NCBI GenBank assembly: GCA_014360645.1
Contig: JACIXD010000001.1
Location: forward strand, 237,647 to 301,646
Direction of reading: 5' to 3'
Length of the DNA: 64,000 bases
From: Actinomycetota bacterium
GTDB lineage: Bacteria; Actinomycetota; Geothermincolia; Geothermincolales; RBG-13-55-18
This document shows, in pieces, positions 1-9,961 of this stretch. Below the pieces are notes generated by a model. That model was given only the letters and a program-made list of their open reading frames with translations, was not told where the DNA came from and made no database searches. A program made the translations under genes and the position numbers. Each line of letters begins with the position of its first letter. The first letter of the stretch is position 1.

Positions 1-674
1 TCGAAGGCGATGGGGCCACCTTTTCGTTCCCAATCCACCCCCACCAGCAGCAACCTTATGGGACCGGGCCTGAGTGCCCGTACGGCATCGGCGTAGGGTG
101 GGTCTTCATCTATGTTCGCCCCGAAGGGGACCACGAAGACCCGCAAGGGGTCGGCCCCATAGTCCTCGATGGCAGAAGCAGCCGTCCAATGGGCTGGGAA
201 TATGCAGGCCGCGGCCCTGGAGATAGCCGCCCTCTCGATCCAGTGGCCCTGCCGCAGGGATGTCCGCATGAGGTCACGGTAGAAATCGTAATATTCGACC
301 ATGAGGGCGAAGGTGGCGTCGCTCTCATAAACCACGGGTATATCTGTCTCCAAAAGGGCTATCTCGGTTGAGGCCTCGGGCGCGAAGATTATATCATACT
401 CTCCAGCGGCCAGTTTCTTGTTGAAGGCCTGCGCGTATGACCTGGCGAGGCAGAGCGTATGAAGGTAGTCGTAGTTCCTGTGCAACAACCTCCTCGTAAA
501 GGCTCGGATTGCCTTGCCGGCATGCACGATAGGGGCGGAGACCGGCCCTAGATAATCCACCTCTCCCACGTTGTTCTCCAGCGCCTTACCCATATAGTGG
601 TAAACACCAGAGGAGTAGGTCTTGTCCCCTGGGTCACCCGCCGAGATGAACGCTATGCGTATTCTCTTCTCCAT
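1..674 (-). CDS. glycosyltransferase family 1 (GT4-like), partial; C-terminus lies outside the window
   Basis: Manual minus-strand translation from the ATG at 674 gives MEKRIRIAFISAGDPGDKTYSSGVYHYMGKALEN...LLLVGVDWERKGGPIAF, which resembles the N-terminal donor-binding domain of GT1 proteins. This ORF is not in the ORF track because it runs off the window edge. Confidence 0.6.
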   Translation of the reverse strand, partial: MEKRIRIAFISAGDPGDKTYSSGVYHYMGKALENNVGEVDYLGPVSAPIVHAGKAIRAFTRRLLHRNYDYLHTLCLARSYAQAFNKKLAAGEYDIIFAPEASTEIALLETDIPVVYESDATFALMVEYYDFYRDLMRTSLRQGHWIERAAISRAAACIFPAHWTAASAIEDYGADPLRVFVVPFGANIDEDPPYADAVRALRPGPIRLLLVGVDWERKGGPIAF

Positions 675-793
675 GGCGAATCCAGCCCCTCCTACCCGCC
701 GGCGAACTGCCTGGATCGCGCTTTCACGAGCACCTTAAGAGCAGGATCAATAAAGCGCGTCTCGAAAAGGCGCGCCAAGCCCCGAGCCCATCC

Positions 794-1876
794 CTATGCC
801 AGGAACTGGCGGTATATCTCGACATGCGCGGCCGCCGCCTTCTCCCAACCGAATTCCCTCGCTCTCCCGAGGCCGTCGCGGCGGACCTTTTCCCGCAACT
901 CGTGGTCCTCGAGCAAGGCGATCGCCTTATGGTAAATATCATCCACGTCGCGGGGGTCGCAATGCAACACCGAGCCGCCCGTCAACTCCAGGGACTGTGG
1001 TATGTCGGAGGCGACCACAGGACAGCCGCAGGCCATGGCCTCGATAACGTGGATGCCGCTCCCGCCCTCGTAAAGACTGGGCGCGAAGAGCAGCTCCGCA
1101 TTGGCGTAGAGTCGCGGCAGCTCGCTTTCCGGGACGTGGCCGCAAAAAACCACGCGGTCACGAAGATGCAGCCTCTCTATGGCGCGCAAGGAGCGCGCGC
1201 GGTCGGACCGTGATCCGGCAACTCCCACCTTGAGCAGGAAGATGTCGTGGTTACGGGAGATGCGCTTGAACGCCTCCAGGACGGAAGGGAAGTTCTTCCT
1301 CGGGATCTCCGAGCCCACGAAGAGCGCGTAACGGCTGTCTCCCCTCAGCCCGTAGCTCTCCAGGAAGGTCCGGTCCCGATATCCAGGCCTGTACAGCGCG
1401 TGATCCACGCCGCAATATACGACGCTCATCCTGTCCTCGGGATAACCGAGCTTTGATGCTATCTCGTTCAGCATATGCCTCGAGACAGTTATCACGTGGT
1501 CGGCGCGCAGGATACCGGGGACGTTGAAGGCCCGGAACGGATAGCTCTTGAGATCGGTGCGGCCCGCTTCCAGCGGGTGCAGATCGTGGAGGGTGAGCAG
1601 AACGGGCGCTTTTCTTCGCAGCAGGGGTACGAGGTGCGCGTTCGCATGGTCGTGGATGTGGAACAGACTACCGCTCAGTCCCGCTGCGTGTATGCTGTAC
1701 ATGAGATAGCGGTTGATGATCCCCTTCGGGAAAGGTATGGCGAGCCCCGCTATCTCGTCTATCGAGACATGTATGTCTGGAGCCAGGCCCGCCATCTCGC
1801 GGTGCAGGCACTCCACCCATTTGCTCATGCTTGGACCCCGCAGCCTGCGCACACCGTGGATCCATACCACATTCAT
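794..1876 (-). CDS. glycosyltransferase family 1
   Basis: 360 aa with GT1/GT4 C-terminal signature (EGGSGIHVIEAMACGCPVVASD). It overlaps the downstream gene by 4 bp. Confidence 0.8.
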   Translation of the reverse strand: MNVVWIHGVRRLRGPSMSKWVECLHREMAGLAPDIHVSIDEIAGLAIPFPKGIINRYLMYSIHAAGLSGSLFHIHDHANAHLVPLLRRKAPVLLTLHDLHPLEAGRTDLKSYPFRAFNVPGILRADHVITVSRHMLNEIASKLGYPEDRMSVVYCGVDHALYRPGYRDRTFLESYGLRGDSRYALFVGSEIPRKNFPSVLEAFKRISRNHDIFLLKVGVAGSRSDRARSLRAIERLHLRDRVVFCGHVPESELPRLYANAELLFAPSLYEGGSGIHVIEAMACGCPVVASDIPQSLELTGGSVLHCDPRDVDDIYHKAIALLEDHELREKVRRDGLGRAREFGWEKAAAAHVEIYRQFLA

Positions 1877-3696
1877 TGCTCACCTGCCTGACGAACCCCT
1901 CGCACCGCCGTGTCCAATTCCATCCGCACGAGGATAAGCCGGTATTCCTCCGACACCTTCTCGCGGGGCGCTGTGATATTGGAGAGCGCGACCCTCCAGT
2001 TCATGGCGCTCCAGGTATGATAGTTGCCGGCCGAGGTAAAATCGCAGGTTGGCGGGATATACTCAAGTCGTACGTCCATCTCGTGATCGATCTCCAAATT
2101 GTTCACGATCACCGTATCGTCGAATATCATCTCGCCCAATCTGTACTGGGAGCGGAAGGTCCTGGCGTTGGTAATAAGATAAAACGTCCCGGTAGTGCCG
2201 ATGTCCTTCAGGCTCACAGGTTTCCAAGGGGTTATCTCGATGATGTCAAGATCATAGGCGAAATAGAGCGGGGCTCCGAGGCCGTAACCACCAAGAGCAT
2301 AGCGGTCCACCAGGACTTTCTCCCCGCGCGAAGCCACCGACGCTATCTCCGCCACTCGCGAAGAAACCCCACGGTATTCCTGGTGGAGAAGCAGGGGATG
2401 GGAAACGCTAACCAGCAGCGCCAGGTACGCTGCCGTCACCCAAAAGGACGCCCCCTTGAGGATCTTGAACGCGGTATAGGAAAAGGCGATGAGAGCCAGG
2501 GGCAGAAGGACGGTCATGAAGCGCCGGAAAAACCAGGGTAGATCGAAAGAGATGCTCGGCCTGAGGAGAAAATAGGCGAAGGGGATAGCCATAAAAGCTA
2601 GGAAAAGCGCAAAAACACGTGTTGTCCCTTGGGACAGGAGAAGGAAGAAAAAGGGGATTATGAAGAGCAGGGCGGGCAGGAAGCCGAACTTTATCATCAC
2701 CATGATGCTGTACTTTGTCTGGTTGGAGTAGATGGCGTTCCTCTCTATATCGGAGACCCGTCCCGAGCCCAGGCCCACGCCGAGGCTGGTCTTTGTGACC
2801 CTCTCTATGCCGTAGGTCCTGTCCATCAAGGTATAAGCGAAAAAGAAAAACGAGACCAGGGCCAGGGTGACGAGGATGAGCACCACCGGCTTGATGGTCC
2901 AGCCATGCCAACGAGCCCGCGAATAGATAAAGAGCCATGCCAGTGTGCCCACCGCCAGAACCAGCAGCCCCTCGATGCGTATGAAGGCAGCCAGGGGGAG
3001 AGTGAGAAGAAAAAGGACGAGGTCGCTTTTGAAGGTGGCGCTCTCTTTGAGGCAACGATGCAGGAAATATAATGAGTTCCAGAAAAGGAAGAGAAAAAGC
3101 ACCTCATTTGCCGTGCGGCGCGCGTACCAGAGGAAGGGGTAGGAGAGAGAGATGAGGGCCACGGCGAATATGCCCGCCCGGGAATCCTCTGAGAGCTCCG
3201 TGGTCAGCAAGAACATCAGCAGGAGAGCGATGGCGAAGGGTATGGCGTTACAGAGCCGAAGGCCGCTGTACCCCATCGTTCCGTAGAGCAGGGCGTTCCA
3301 GGCCGTATTTAGAAAAAGCCTGATATCCCAACCGCGGTGGCCGGGAGGCGGCAAACGGCCGTGTCTTGCGAGGTATATCGCCTGGTTGGAGTAAATGCCC
3401 TCGTCGCGCGTACCGTTGAGGGCGTCATGAAAAAAAAAGACGTTCAGCAAGGTGACGGCGATGATAACAGCGAGGGCGGTGACGAGGATGGCGGCCTCTC
3501 TGCGAGAGCGGGGGCTTCGAGGGCAGAGCGTTCTTTTGCTCAAGAAGTGCCACGCCGGGATGGTGGCCAGTGTTCCGATGGCCAGCACCGCCCACGCGTT
3601 AAAGACTTTCAGGAGCGCGGCGGCCCAGGCCGTCCAAAGGAGGAGCAAGATATACAGCATGACAAAGCGCAGAAGATGACCCAGACGCATCAACAC
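1873..3696 (-). CDS. polytopic membrane glycosyltransferase, GT-C-like (ArnT/PMT/YfhO-type), with a C-terminal extracytoplasmic domain
   Basis: 607 aa with about 12-14 hydrophobic helices in the first ~430 aa followed by a soluble ~170-aa tail. It sits in a glycosyltransferase cluster alongside a GtrB-like GT2. Confidence 0.5.
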   Translation of the reverse strand: MLMRLGHLLRFVMLYILLLLWTAWAAALLKVFNAWAVLAIGTLATIPAWHFLSKRTLCPRSPRSRREAAILVTALAVIIAVTLLNVFFFHDALNGTRDEGIYSNQAIYLARHGRLPPPGHRGWDIRLFLNTAWNALLYGTMGYSGLRLCNAIPFAIALLLMFLLTTELSEDSRAGIFAVALISLSYPFLWYARRTANEVLFLFLFWNSLYFLHRCLKESATFKSDLVLFLLTLPLAAFIRIEGLLVLAVGTLAWLFIYSRARWHGWTIKPVVLILVTLALVSFFFFAYTLMDRTYGIERVTKTSLGVGLGSGRVSDIERNAIYSNQTKYSIMVMIKFGFLPALLFIIPFFFLLLSQGTTRVFALFLAFMAIPFAYFLLRPSISFDLPWFFRRFMTVLLPLALIAFSYTAFKILKGASFWVTAAYLALLVSVSHPLLLHQEYRGVSSRVAEIASVASRGEKVLVDRYALGGYGLGAPLYFAYDLDIIEITPWKPVSLKDIGTTGTFYLITNARTFRSQYRLGEMIFDDTVIVNNLEIDHEMDVRLEYIPPTCDFTSAGNYHTWSAMNWRVALSNITAPREKVSEEYRLILVRMELDTAVRGVRQAGEQ

Positions 3697-3701
3697 CCCC
3701 G

Positions 3702-5243
3702 CTATTCCAGTTTTATCTTGAGGGAGGTCAGCAGGATGTCCTCCTCGCCGATCTTCTCCAGGACGATCTTGACCTTCTCCCCTGGCAGGGGAACGCCTTT
3801 CATGTGGATGGTCCGTTTGCTGGTGAACGTTTCGCCGTCACGTGCAGGTGATTCATAATCCCTTGCGAGTACAGTGGAGAAAGGCTGGGCGGCGTTTTCG
3901 TTCCAGGGCTTAAGGCGCATGAAGCCGGGGTCGAAGGCCAGATCGGGATCAAAGGAGAATCCGCCTCCCAGAAACTCCACTTTGAGGCTTCCGGGGTTGG
4001 TGATATCCAGCCTCTTTCTTCCTTCCCCGAGGATAACCGCTCCCTTCTGCATGGGCGCGCCGGGCCCTCTGTTCTCGAAAAAGAGCAAGGGGGTGCCGTC
4101 GACCTGTATCGATCTGGGGACGATGGGATGCCACGTCTCAGCCGACAGCACGCCCGCCGGACCGTTCAGGAACAGAGTAGCCGAGGTGGTTGCCGGCACC
4201 GTGGGCTCGGGTCCGGTCTCCAGCGGGTCGAAGAGGAAGAGGGTGTTCCTGGCGAGGTATTTCACGGCATCGGTGCGTAAGGAGGTAAGGACGAAGTCGT
4301 CGCCCCAGGTAAGGGGCGAGATATCGAGCGTATACGAACCGCTCTCGCAGTCTTCCAGGTCTATCGATACGATCTGGTCCTCACCGGCCTCCATGGCATC
4401 ATCGGTGAGGTTTCCGTCGTCGGGGATCATGGCCTCATAATATGTCCTTCCCTTTCTCCTCAGGCGTATCAGCACGTCGTCGCCGCCCATATACCGGTTC
4501 AGATCTTTTTTGTGGACTTCCAAATGCAGCCTACCGGTGCTCACCACGAGCTCAATGGTATGTGCCCCCCGCAAAGGCATCCCGAGCGTTTCCACATTAC
4601 CGGTAGCATCAGGGCCGCATCCCCTTGCGAGAACCTCGTCGGGCCTGATCCCCGCCAGCGCGGCGTCTTCCTCCAGGTCCTCTGTCCGCGCCAGGAATTC
4701 GCCAATACTCGAAAAGCGCTTTGTTCGTTGATAGAGGCTCAGGCCGTCTTCGTGCATGACCTCCCAACCCCCCTTTTCTATCTCCGAGAGGAAGAGAGGA
4801 AGGGAATGATAGGGCTCGGCGAACCTGCTCCCTATGTGCATCCATAGCTGCTGCGGCGTTCCAAGGTATTCCGCCTCGATCTTGAGCGTTTCAGGCGTGA
4901 CGCCCTGAACGTCCAGGATAAGCTCCGTGTATCTCCTGGCCAGAGAAAGGCCGCTAACGACTTTACCGGTTTCGCCATCGAAGGAGACGACATCGACGTA
5001 CTCGGGCATAGACTTTGCTCCACCCGGGCTTTCATATTGATCGCCAAGACGGATCTCATAATTCACATTGAAATCCTTGCGGAACAGATAATCCCCAAGT
5101 ATGAAATATCCGGCGATCAATAAGATGATGGTAAGGGCGAGGACAAGCCTCCCCGTCTTGCTGAAAACGCGACGTTCCGTGAAAGCGTCCACAAGCCTCT
5201 TCAATCCCGGGTTTTTTATATTACCTGGTTGCCATATTATCAC
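3702..5243 (-). CDS. hypothetical membrane-anchored protein (N-terminal TM helix, large extracytoplasmic domain)
   Basis: 513 aa with a single N-terminal TM (LVLALTIILLIAGYFILG) and no motif I recognise. It is co-oriented with, and immediately upstream of, the GT-C gene. Confidence 0.55.
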   Translation of the reverse strand: MIIWQPGNIKNPGLKRLVDAFTERRVFSKTGRLVLALTIILLIAGYFILGDYLFRKDFNVNYEIRLGDQYESPGGAKSMPEYVDVVSFDGETGKVVSGLSLARRYTELILDVQGVTPETLKIEAEYLGTPQQLWMHIGSRFAEPYHSLPLFLSEIEKGGWEVMHEDGLSLYQRTKRFSSIGEFLARTEDLEEDAALAGIRPDEVLARGCGPDATGNVETLGMPLRGAHTIELVVSTGRLHLEVHKKDLNRYMGGDDVLIRLRRKGRTYYEAMIPDDGNLTDDAMEAGEDQIVSIDLEDCESGSYTLDISPLTWGDDFVLTSLRTDAVKYLARNTLFLFDPLETGPEPTVPATTSATLFLNGPAGVLSAETWHPIVPRSIQVDGTPLLFFENRGPGAPMQKGAVILGEGRKRLDITNPGSLKVEFLGGGFSFDPDLAFDPGFMRLKPWNENAAQPFSTVLARDYESPARDGETFTSKRTIHMKGVPLPGEKVKIVLEKIGEEDILLTSLKIKLE

Positions 5244-5462
5244 ATAGAAAGAAAGGCGGTGGGTGCGAGACGTCTCGGTGGTTGCTCTGCTCCGAGGAGT
5301 GCGTGCGCCAAAGCCCTCAGGACATAAAGCTCGGCGCGATGATGCCTGCGGCGCTGCAGTCGCGGCTCCGACGTCCTTTGGTGCCTGCGTCCCGGGCGAG
5401 GCCCTTATCTAGGGCCTGACCACAACCAATAATCTTTGAAAGCACCCCCGAGGGTTTAGAAT

Positions 5463-6575
5463 ATGAACATGGGATCGCTGGTGATGACCTCCTCATTTGA
5501 CGTGTTTCCTCCCCACACAGGGGGAGAGAGGCGCATCTATCAGATCGCCAGGGAGATGGCCGGTCGCGGGCGCGTCATTTTCGTCTACCCGAGGGAGAAA
5601 ACCGTTCCGGCTGAGGATATCCCGGGTATGGAGCTGGTTCCATACCGTATCAGGTGTCGATATCAGAAGCTGTTCAGTGTCGGGATGTTGCACAAGACGA
5701 TAAGGCTGTGCAGCAGGGAGAAGGCGGACCTGTTCTACGTGCATACTATCTGGGGGGGGCTGCAGGCGGTTTTGCTGCGGGCGTTGACCGGGGTCCCTTT
5801 TGTGCTGGACGAACAGAACGTGGAATACCTGAGGTTCCGCGACACGGGAAACCGCCTGTGGCCGATAATGAGAATATATGAAAAGGCGGTGACTGGATTT
5901 GCGGGGCTCGTGGTGTGCGTGTCCGAGAGGGACAAGGAGGCGTTTGTCGAACTGGGCGTCCCGAGGGAACGCCTGTATGTGGCGACAAACGGGGTTGACA
6001 CCTCCGTTTTCCGACCGGACGAGGATGCCCGAAGGAGGGTACGCGGTCAACTGGGCTTGGGAAACGACCCCCTGGTTCTCTTTTTTGGGGCCCTGGATTA
6101 TCCCCCCTCACTGGAAGCGCTTGCAGCGCTGAGGGATCATATCGTGCCCAGGGTAAGGGAAGCGGAACCAGGAGCGCGATTTATCGTGGCAGGGCGCAAC
6201 CCGCCGGCGAGAGCATTTTACGATGGAATGGAATTCGTGGGTTTCGTCGAAAGAATACAGGATTACATCAATGCAAGCGACGTGGTGGTGTGCCCCATAA
6301 CCAGCGGTGGCGGTACGAGGACAAAGATTCTGGAGGCAATCGCTTGCGGAAAAAGGGTGGTGAGTACCACCAAGGGAGCCGAGGGCCTTGAGCTCGATCT
6401 GGTAGGAGAAGGTGTTATCATGGCGGACGACTGGGACGATTTCTCCGATAAGGTGATAAATGCCGTCCGGATGACGGGAATCCCCGTCGATTTGCCGGAG
6501 CGCTTTTATGAGGAGTATTCCTGGAGGGGCATCGTCGAGGGGCTTTCGGCGGCCCTCGAAGGCGTCCGACCTTAG
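5463..6575 (+). CDS. glycosyltransferase family 1
   Basis: 370 aa with a GT4-type C-terminal domain (VCPITSGGGTRTKILEAIACGKRVVST). The start may instead be the ATG at 5484. Confidence 0.8.
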   Translation: MNMGSLVMTSSFDVFPPHTGGERRIYQIAREMAGRGRVIFVYPREKTVPAEDIPGMELVPYRIRCRYQKLFSVGMLHKTIRLCSREKADLFYVHTIWGGLQAVLLRALTGVPFVLDEQNVEYLRFRDTGNRLWPIMRIYEKAVTGFAGLVVCVSERDKEAFVELGVPRERLYVATNGVDTSVFRPDEDARRRVRGQLGLGNDPLVLFFGALDYPPSLEALAALRDHIVPRVREAEPGARFIVAGRNPPARAFYDGMEFVGFVERIQDYINASDVVVCPITSGGGTRTKILEAIACGKRVVSTTKGAEGLELDLVGEGVIMADDWDDFSDKVINAVRMTGIPVDLPERFYEEYSWRGIVEGLSAALEGVRP

Positions 6576-7468
6576 GCCCGACGGCAGGTCGATGCGGCCG
6601 CTTTCTCCCTCCACCAGTGCCAGACGAAACCCGTTAGTTGTGCGAGATACTGCAAAAGGAGAAGGGCCATGGACAGGAGGCCTCTTTTCGCGCCCTGTTG
6701 GCGGATGGCCCTCGATGAGGCCTTGAGCCTGTCTGATACCAGGTCGCGTGATATTCCGCGATAGGCGTGGTATTCATAATAGGATTTTCCTCTGCGGACG
6801 TGCCAGAGGATGAAATCCATGATCCTCTTTCTCGGTTCATGGAGGACGGTGGCATCCTCAACGTACAATATCTCATGGCCGCGTTTTATTAACCTGGATG
6901 CGAGCTCGACGTCCTCGCAGCCGTGGGAGAGCTTTTCGTCGAAGCAACCGAGTTCCAGGAGGAGGTTTCTGTCGATAGCGAAGTTCCCGGAGCAAAGGTG
7001 ATCGGTGATATCTCGCTCGTCTACATTCCACAGGCTCCGAAAACCGACTGACCCGCCGCCGGGATAGCCAAGGGACGATATGGCATCGGCCACCAGGCCC
7101 TGGCCTGTCGGCACCATGTTCCCTGACGTGGTGACCAAGACCTTTTTCTCGATTATGGGCTGGGTCAACTTCTCCAGCCATTGATCGTCAAGGGGGAGTT
7201 CATCATCGTCTATGAATGCGACGACCTGTCCTCTGGCAAGGCTCACGCCTTTATTGCGGTAATAAGGGATGCCCTTGGCTGGTGTTTCCCGAATCACCCT
7301 GATGATGTCGCTTTCGGGCAGCCTACTGGATATATCGGCCTGGGGGACAAGTATGATTTCAAAAGGATAATCCGATCGTTGTCGCAGAAGGGCCTCGACG
7401 AGGGGGTAGAGGCTTTCACGTCCCATGGTAGGGATGATCACGGAGATCGCGATATCACTCGGTCTCAA
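6572..7468 (-). CDS. glycosyltransferase family 2
   Basis: 298 aa with a GT2 N-terminus (ISVIIPTMGRESL...VAFIDDDELP, DxD). It is convergent with, and overlaps by 4 bp, the preceding GT1. Confidence 0.75.
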   Translation of the reverse strand: MRPSDIAISVIIPTMGRESLYPLVEALLRQRSDYPFEIILVPQADISSRLPESDIIRVIRETPAKGIPYYRNKGVSLARGQVVAFIDDDELPLDDQWLEKLTQPIIEKKVLVTTSGNMVPTGQGLVADAISSLGYPGGGSVGFRSLWNVDERDITDHLCSGNFAIDRNLLLELGCFDEKLSHGCEDVELASRLIKRGHEILYVEDATVLHEPRKRIMDFILWHVRRGKSYYEYHAYRGISRDLVSDRLKASSRAIRQQGAKRGLLSMALLLLQYLAQLTGFVWHWWREKAAASTCRRA

Positions 7469-8128
7469 GAGCTCGCTGCCTTCTGTTATACGTGATGTCG
7501 GCGCCGCAAAAAAGACGGCGCCACCCCTTCTGGGCGCCGCGTGATCCCTGCAAGCCTAAGTACTTGAAGTCATCAAAACTTTCGTTGCCTGAGCCTGTCC
7601 TTCCGCAGAATTCGGGGCGCATGACGTCCTTAGACTGCACGCCATATTCACAGCCGAAAACCCCATTCCCTCTGTGCCCTCCATGCATCCTCGGCGGTTG
7701 CCTCAGCATTCTCCATCCAGGACGAAACATCTTCGCGTAGAAACCATCCAGATTAGTGAGCATGGTAAGATGTTAGAGCTTATGCGATTCGGAGTAAAGC
7801 TGGTATCTGAGCAGCAAAAGTAATGCGCAGGCGAGGACCGCCATTAGCGAGGCTGCGTAGCCCTGGCGACATGTTAGAATGTATACACCGGAGATTGTGT
7901 TGGTTGGCGTATGATGCCGGCGGCTGTCGGCAGCAAGACGATGCGTGATGACCTGCTTGATGGAACGGCGGGCCGCGAAAAGGTGAAGGGGGTTGCAGCG
8001 GTCTTTATGATCAGGCAACAAACCTCAGGGTATAGCGTCTGGCTTCCAGATGGCATCATCCTGATCTGCCGGAAATCTGCATATTCCTCGCGAGGGATCG
8101 GAAGCGATAAAAACGGGAGTAGTCTAGC

Positions 8129-8992
8129 GTGTTGAGAGTGTCGCTGGTGCTGCCTGTCTTTAATGAAGAGAAGGCCATAGGCGAAGATCTTGAAGAAGCA
8201 GTCGCGACTCTAAGCTCCACCGACTGGGAATGGGAGATCATCGTGGTGGACGACGGCTCCACCGACGGCACGGCGGAGATAGCGGCCTCCTTCCCCGAGG
8301 TGCGCCTCATCCGCCATCCCTACAACATGGGGGGAGGGGCCGCGCGTTCCACGGGCATCAGGCACGCCAGGGGCGAGGTGGTGGTCATCTCCGACGGGGA
8401 CGGCACCTACCCCATGCGGGACATCCCACGGCTGGTGGAGGCCCTGGACGACTGCGAGATGGTGGTGGGGGCGAGGACGAAGGAGGCGGGGACCCTCAAG
8501 TTCCTGCGCGTCCCGGCCAAGTTCCTCATCCGCAAGCTGGCCGAGTTCATAAGCGGCGCCAGGATACCGGACCTCAACTCGGGTATGAGGGCCATGCGCA
8601 GGGAGACGGCGCTTCCCTACCTGCACATGCTCCCCAACGGGCATTCCTGGGTGAGCACCATCACCCTGGCCTTCCTCACCAACAGCCATCCTGTGAAGTA
8701 CGTGCCCATCGACTACTACCCGCGCAAGGGTAAGTCCACCTTTCACCCCGTAAGAGATACCGGCAATTACCTCATGACCATCTTCCGCACCATCACCTGG
8801 TTCAGCCCCTTGAAGATCTTCCTGCCCCTGGCCATGCTCCTCCTGCTCACCGGGACTGGCAAGCTCATCGCGGACGTGGTGCGCTACAGCTGGCGGGTCA
8901 CCCCCAGCACGGTGATCCTGGTGCTGGGCGGCCTGCAGATCCTGGTCCTGGGGCTCATCGCGGACATGATCGCCAAGAGGAGTTCTCCGTGA
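8129..8992 (+). CDS. polyprenol-phosphate sugar transferase, GT2 (DPM1/GtrB/CsbB-like)
   Basis: 287 aa with a GTG start. Has a GT2 catalytic domain (VSLVLPVFNEE...IIVVDDGSTDGT...VVISDGDGTY) plus C-terminal TM helices typical of GtrB/ArnC-type enzymes. Confidence 0.75.
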   Translation: MLRVSLVLPVFNEEKAIGEDLEEAVATLSSTDWEWEIIVVDDGSTDGTAEIAASFPEVRLIRHPYNMGGGAARSTGIRHARGEVVVISDGDGTYPMRDIPRLVEALDDCEMVVGARTKEAGTLKFLRVPAKFLIRKLAEFISGARIPDLNSGMRAMRRETALPYLHMLPNGHSWVSTITLAFLTNSHPVKYVPIDYYPRKGKSTFHPVRDTGNYLMTIFRTITWFSPLKIFLPLAMLLLLTGTGKLIADVVRYSWRVTPSTVILVLGGLQILVLGLIADMIAKRSSP

Positions 8993-9957
8993 CGCCCAGA
9001 GTGCTCATCACCGGGGCGGACGGGTTCGTGGGCAGGCACCTGGCGGCCTATCTGGTGCAGGAGGCCGGCGCCGGGGTGCTGGGCCTGGACATGCGTCCGC
9101 CGCGGGAGGGCGGGCCGTGGAAGGCCTGTGCCTTCGAGGTGTGCGACATCCTGGACGGAAGGGCCCTGTTCGAGCTGGTCAAGGGCTTCCGCCCCCATTA
9201 CGTCTTTCACCTCGCGGCCCAGAGCTCGGTGCGCCGTTCCTGGGAGGACCCCGAGCTCACCTTCCGCATCGCCCTGCACGGGCAGGCGAACCTCATCGAG
9301 GCCCTGCGCGTGGCGGGGGTGGAGGCGAGGGTGCATGTCGCATGTTCGTCGGAGGAATATGGAAAGGTGAGCGAGGACGAGCTCCCCATAAGGGAGACCC
9401 ACCCCCTCCGGCCCTCCAGCCCCTATGCCCTGAGCAAGGTGATGCAGGAGTACCACGCCGTCTTCTGCCACCAGGCCTACGGCATGGAGACGGTCATCAC
9501 CCGCGCCTTCAACATGATCGGGCCCGGGCAGTCGGCGGAGTTCGTGGCCTCCGACTTCGCGCGCCAGATAGCGGAGGCGGAGGCGGGCATGCGGGAGCCG
9601 GTGATCCGGGTGGGCAACCTGGAGGCGAGGCGGGATTTCTCCGACGTGCGCGACCTGGTGGGGGCGTACTGGGAGCTGCTCCGGAAGGGGGTCCCAGGAG
9701 AGGCGTACAATGTCTGCTCGGGGGAGGACCACCCCGTATCGGAGCTGCTGGACACCTTGCTATCCCTGAGCGGGACGCCTATAGAGGTGGTGGTGGACCC
9801 GCAGAAATACCGCGTGGCGGACATCCCGGTGCTCAGGGGGGATAACGCCAGGATGCGGGAGGTCACGGGGTGGAGGCCCCGGCTCAGCCTGGAGCAGACC
9901 CTCTCGGACGTGCTGGACTGGTGGAGGGCGGAGGTCGGCGGGAGGCAAAGGAGGTAG
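8989..9957 (+). CDS. NAD-dependent epimerase/dehydratase, GDP-4-keto-6-deoxy-D-mannose reductase-like (Rmd-like)
   Basis: 322 aa extended SDR (ITGADGFVG, SSEEYG, YxxxK in PYALSK, AFNMIGPGQ), paralogous to the gmd gene at 11441 and flanking manC. The start overlaps the upstream stop. Confidence 0.55.
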   Translation: MTPRVLITGADGFVGRHLAAYLVQEAGAGVLGLDMRPPREGGPWKACAFEVCDILDGRALFELVKGFRPHYVFHLAAQSSVRRSWEDPELTFRIALHGQANLIEALRVAGVEARVHVACSSEEYGKVSEDELPIRETHPLRPSSPYALSKVMQEYHAVFCHQAYGMETVITRAFNMIGPGQSAEFVASDFARQIAEAEAGMREPVIRVGNLEARRDFSDVRDLVGAYWELLRKGVPGEAYNVCSGEDHPVSELLDTLLSLSGTPIEVVVDPQKYRVADIPVLRGDNARMREVTGWRPRLSLEQTLSDVLDWWRAEVGGRQRR

Positions 9958-9961
9958 ATAC

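Noticed and set aside
7773-8021. 82-aa minus-strand ORF in the divergent intergenic region between the GT2 genes
   Set aside because: It lies in an AT-rich promoter region, lacks an RBS, and has no motif beyond a hydrophobic stretch. Evidence is insufficient.
8210-9866. Multiple overlapping ORFs inside the GT2 and rmd-like genes (8210..8746-, 8230..8733+, 8884..9732-, 9117..9845+)
   Set aside because: These are alternative frames of well-supported genes. They have no motifs and biased composition.
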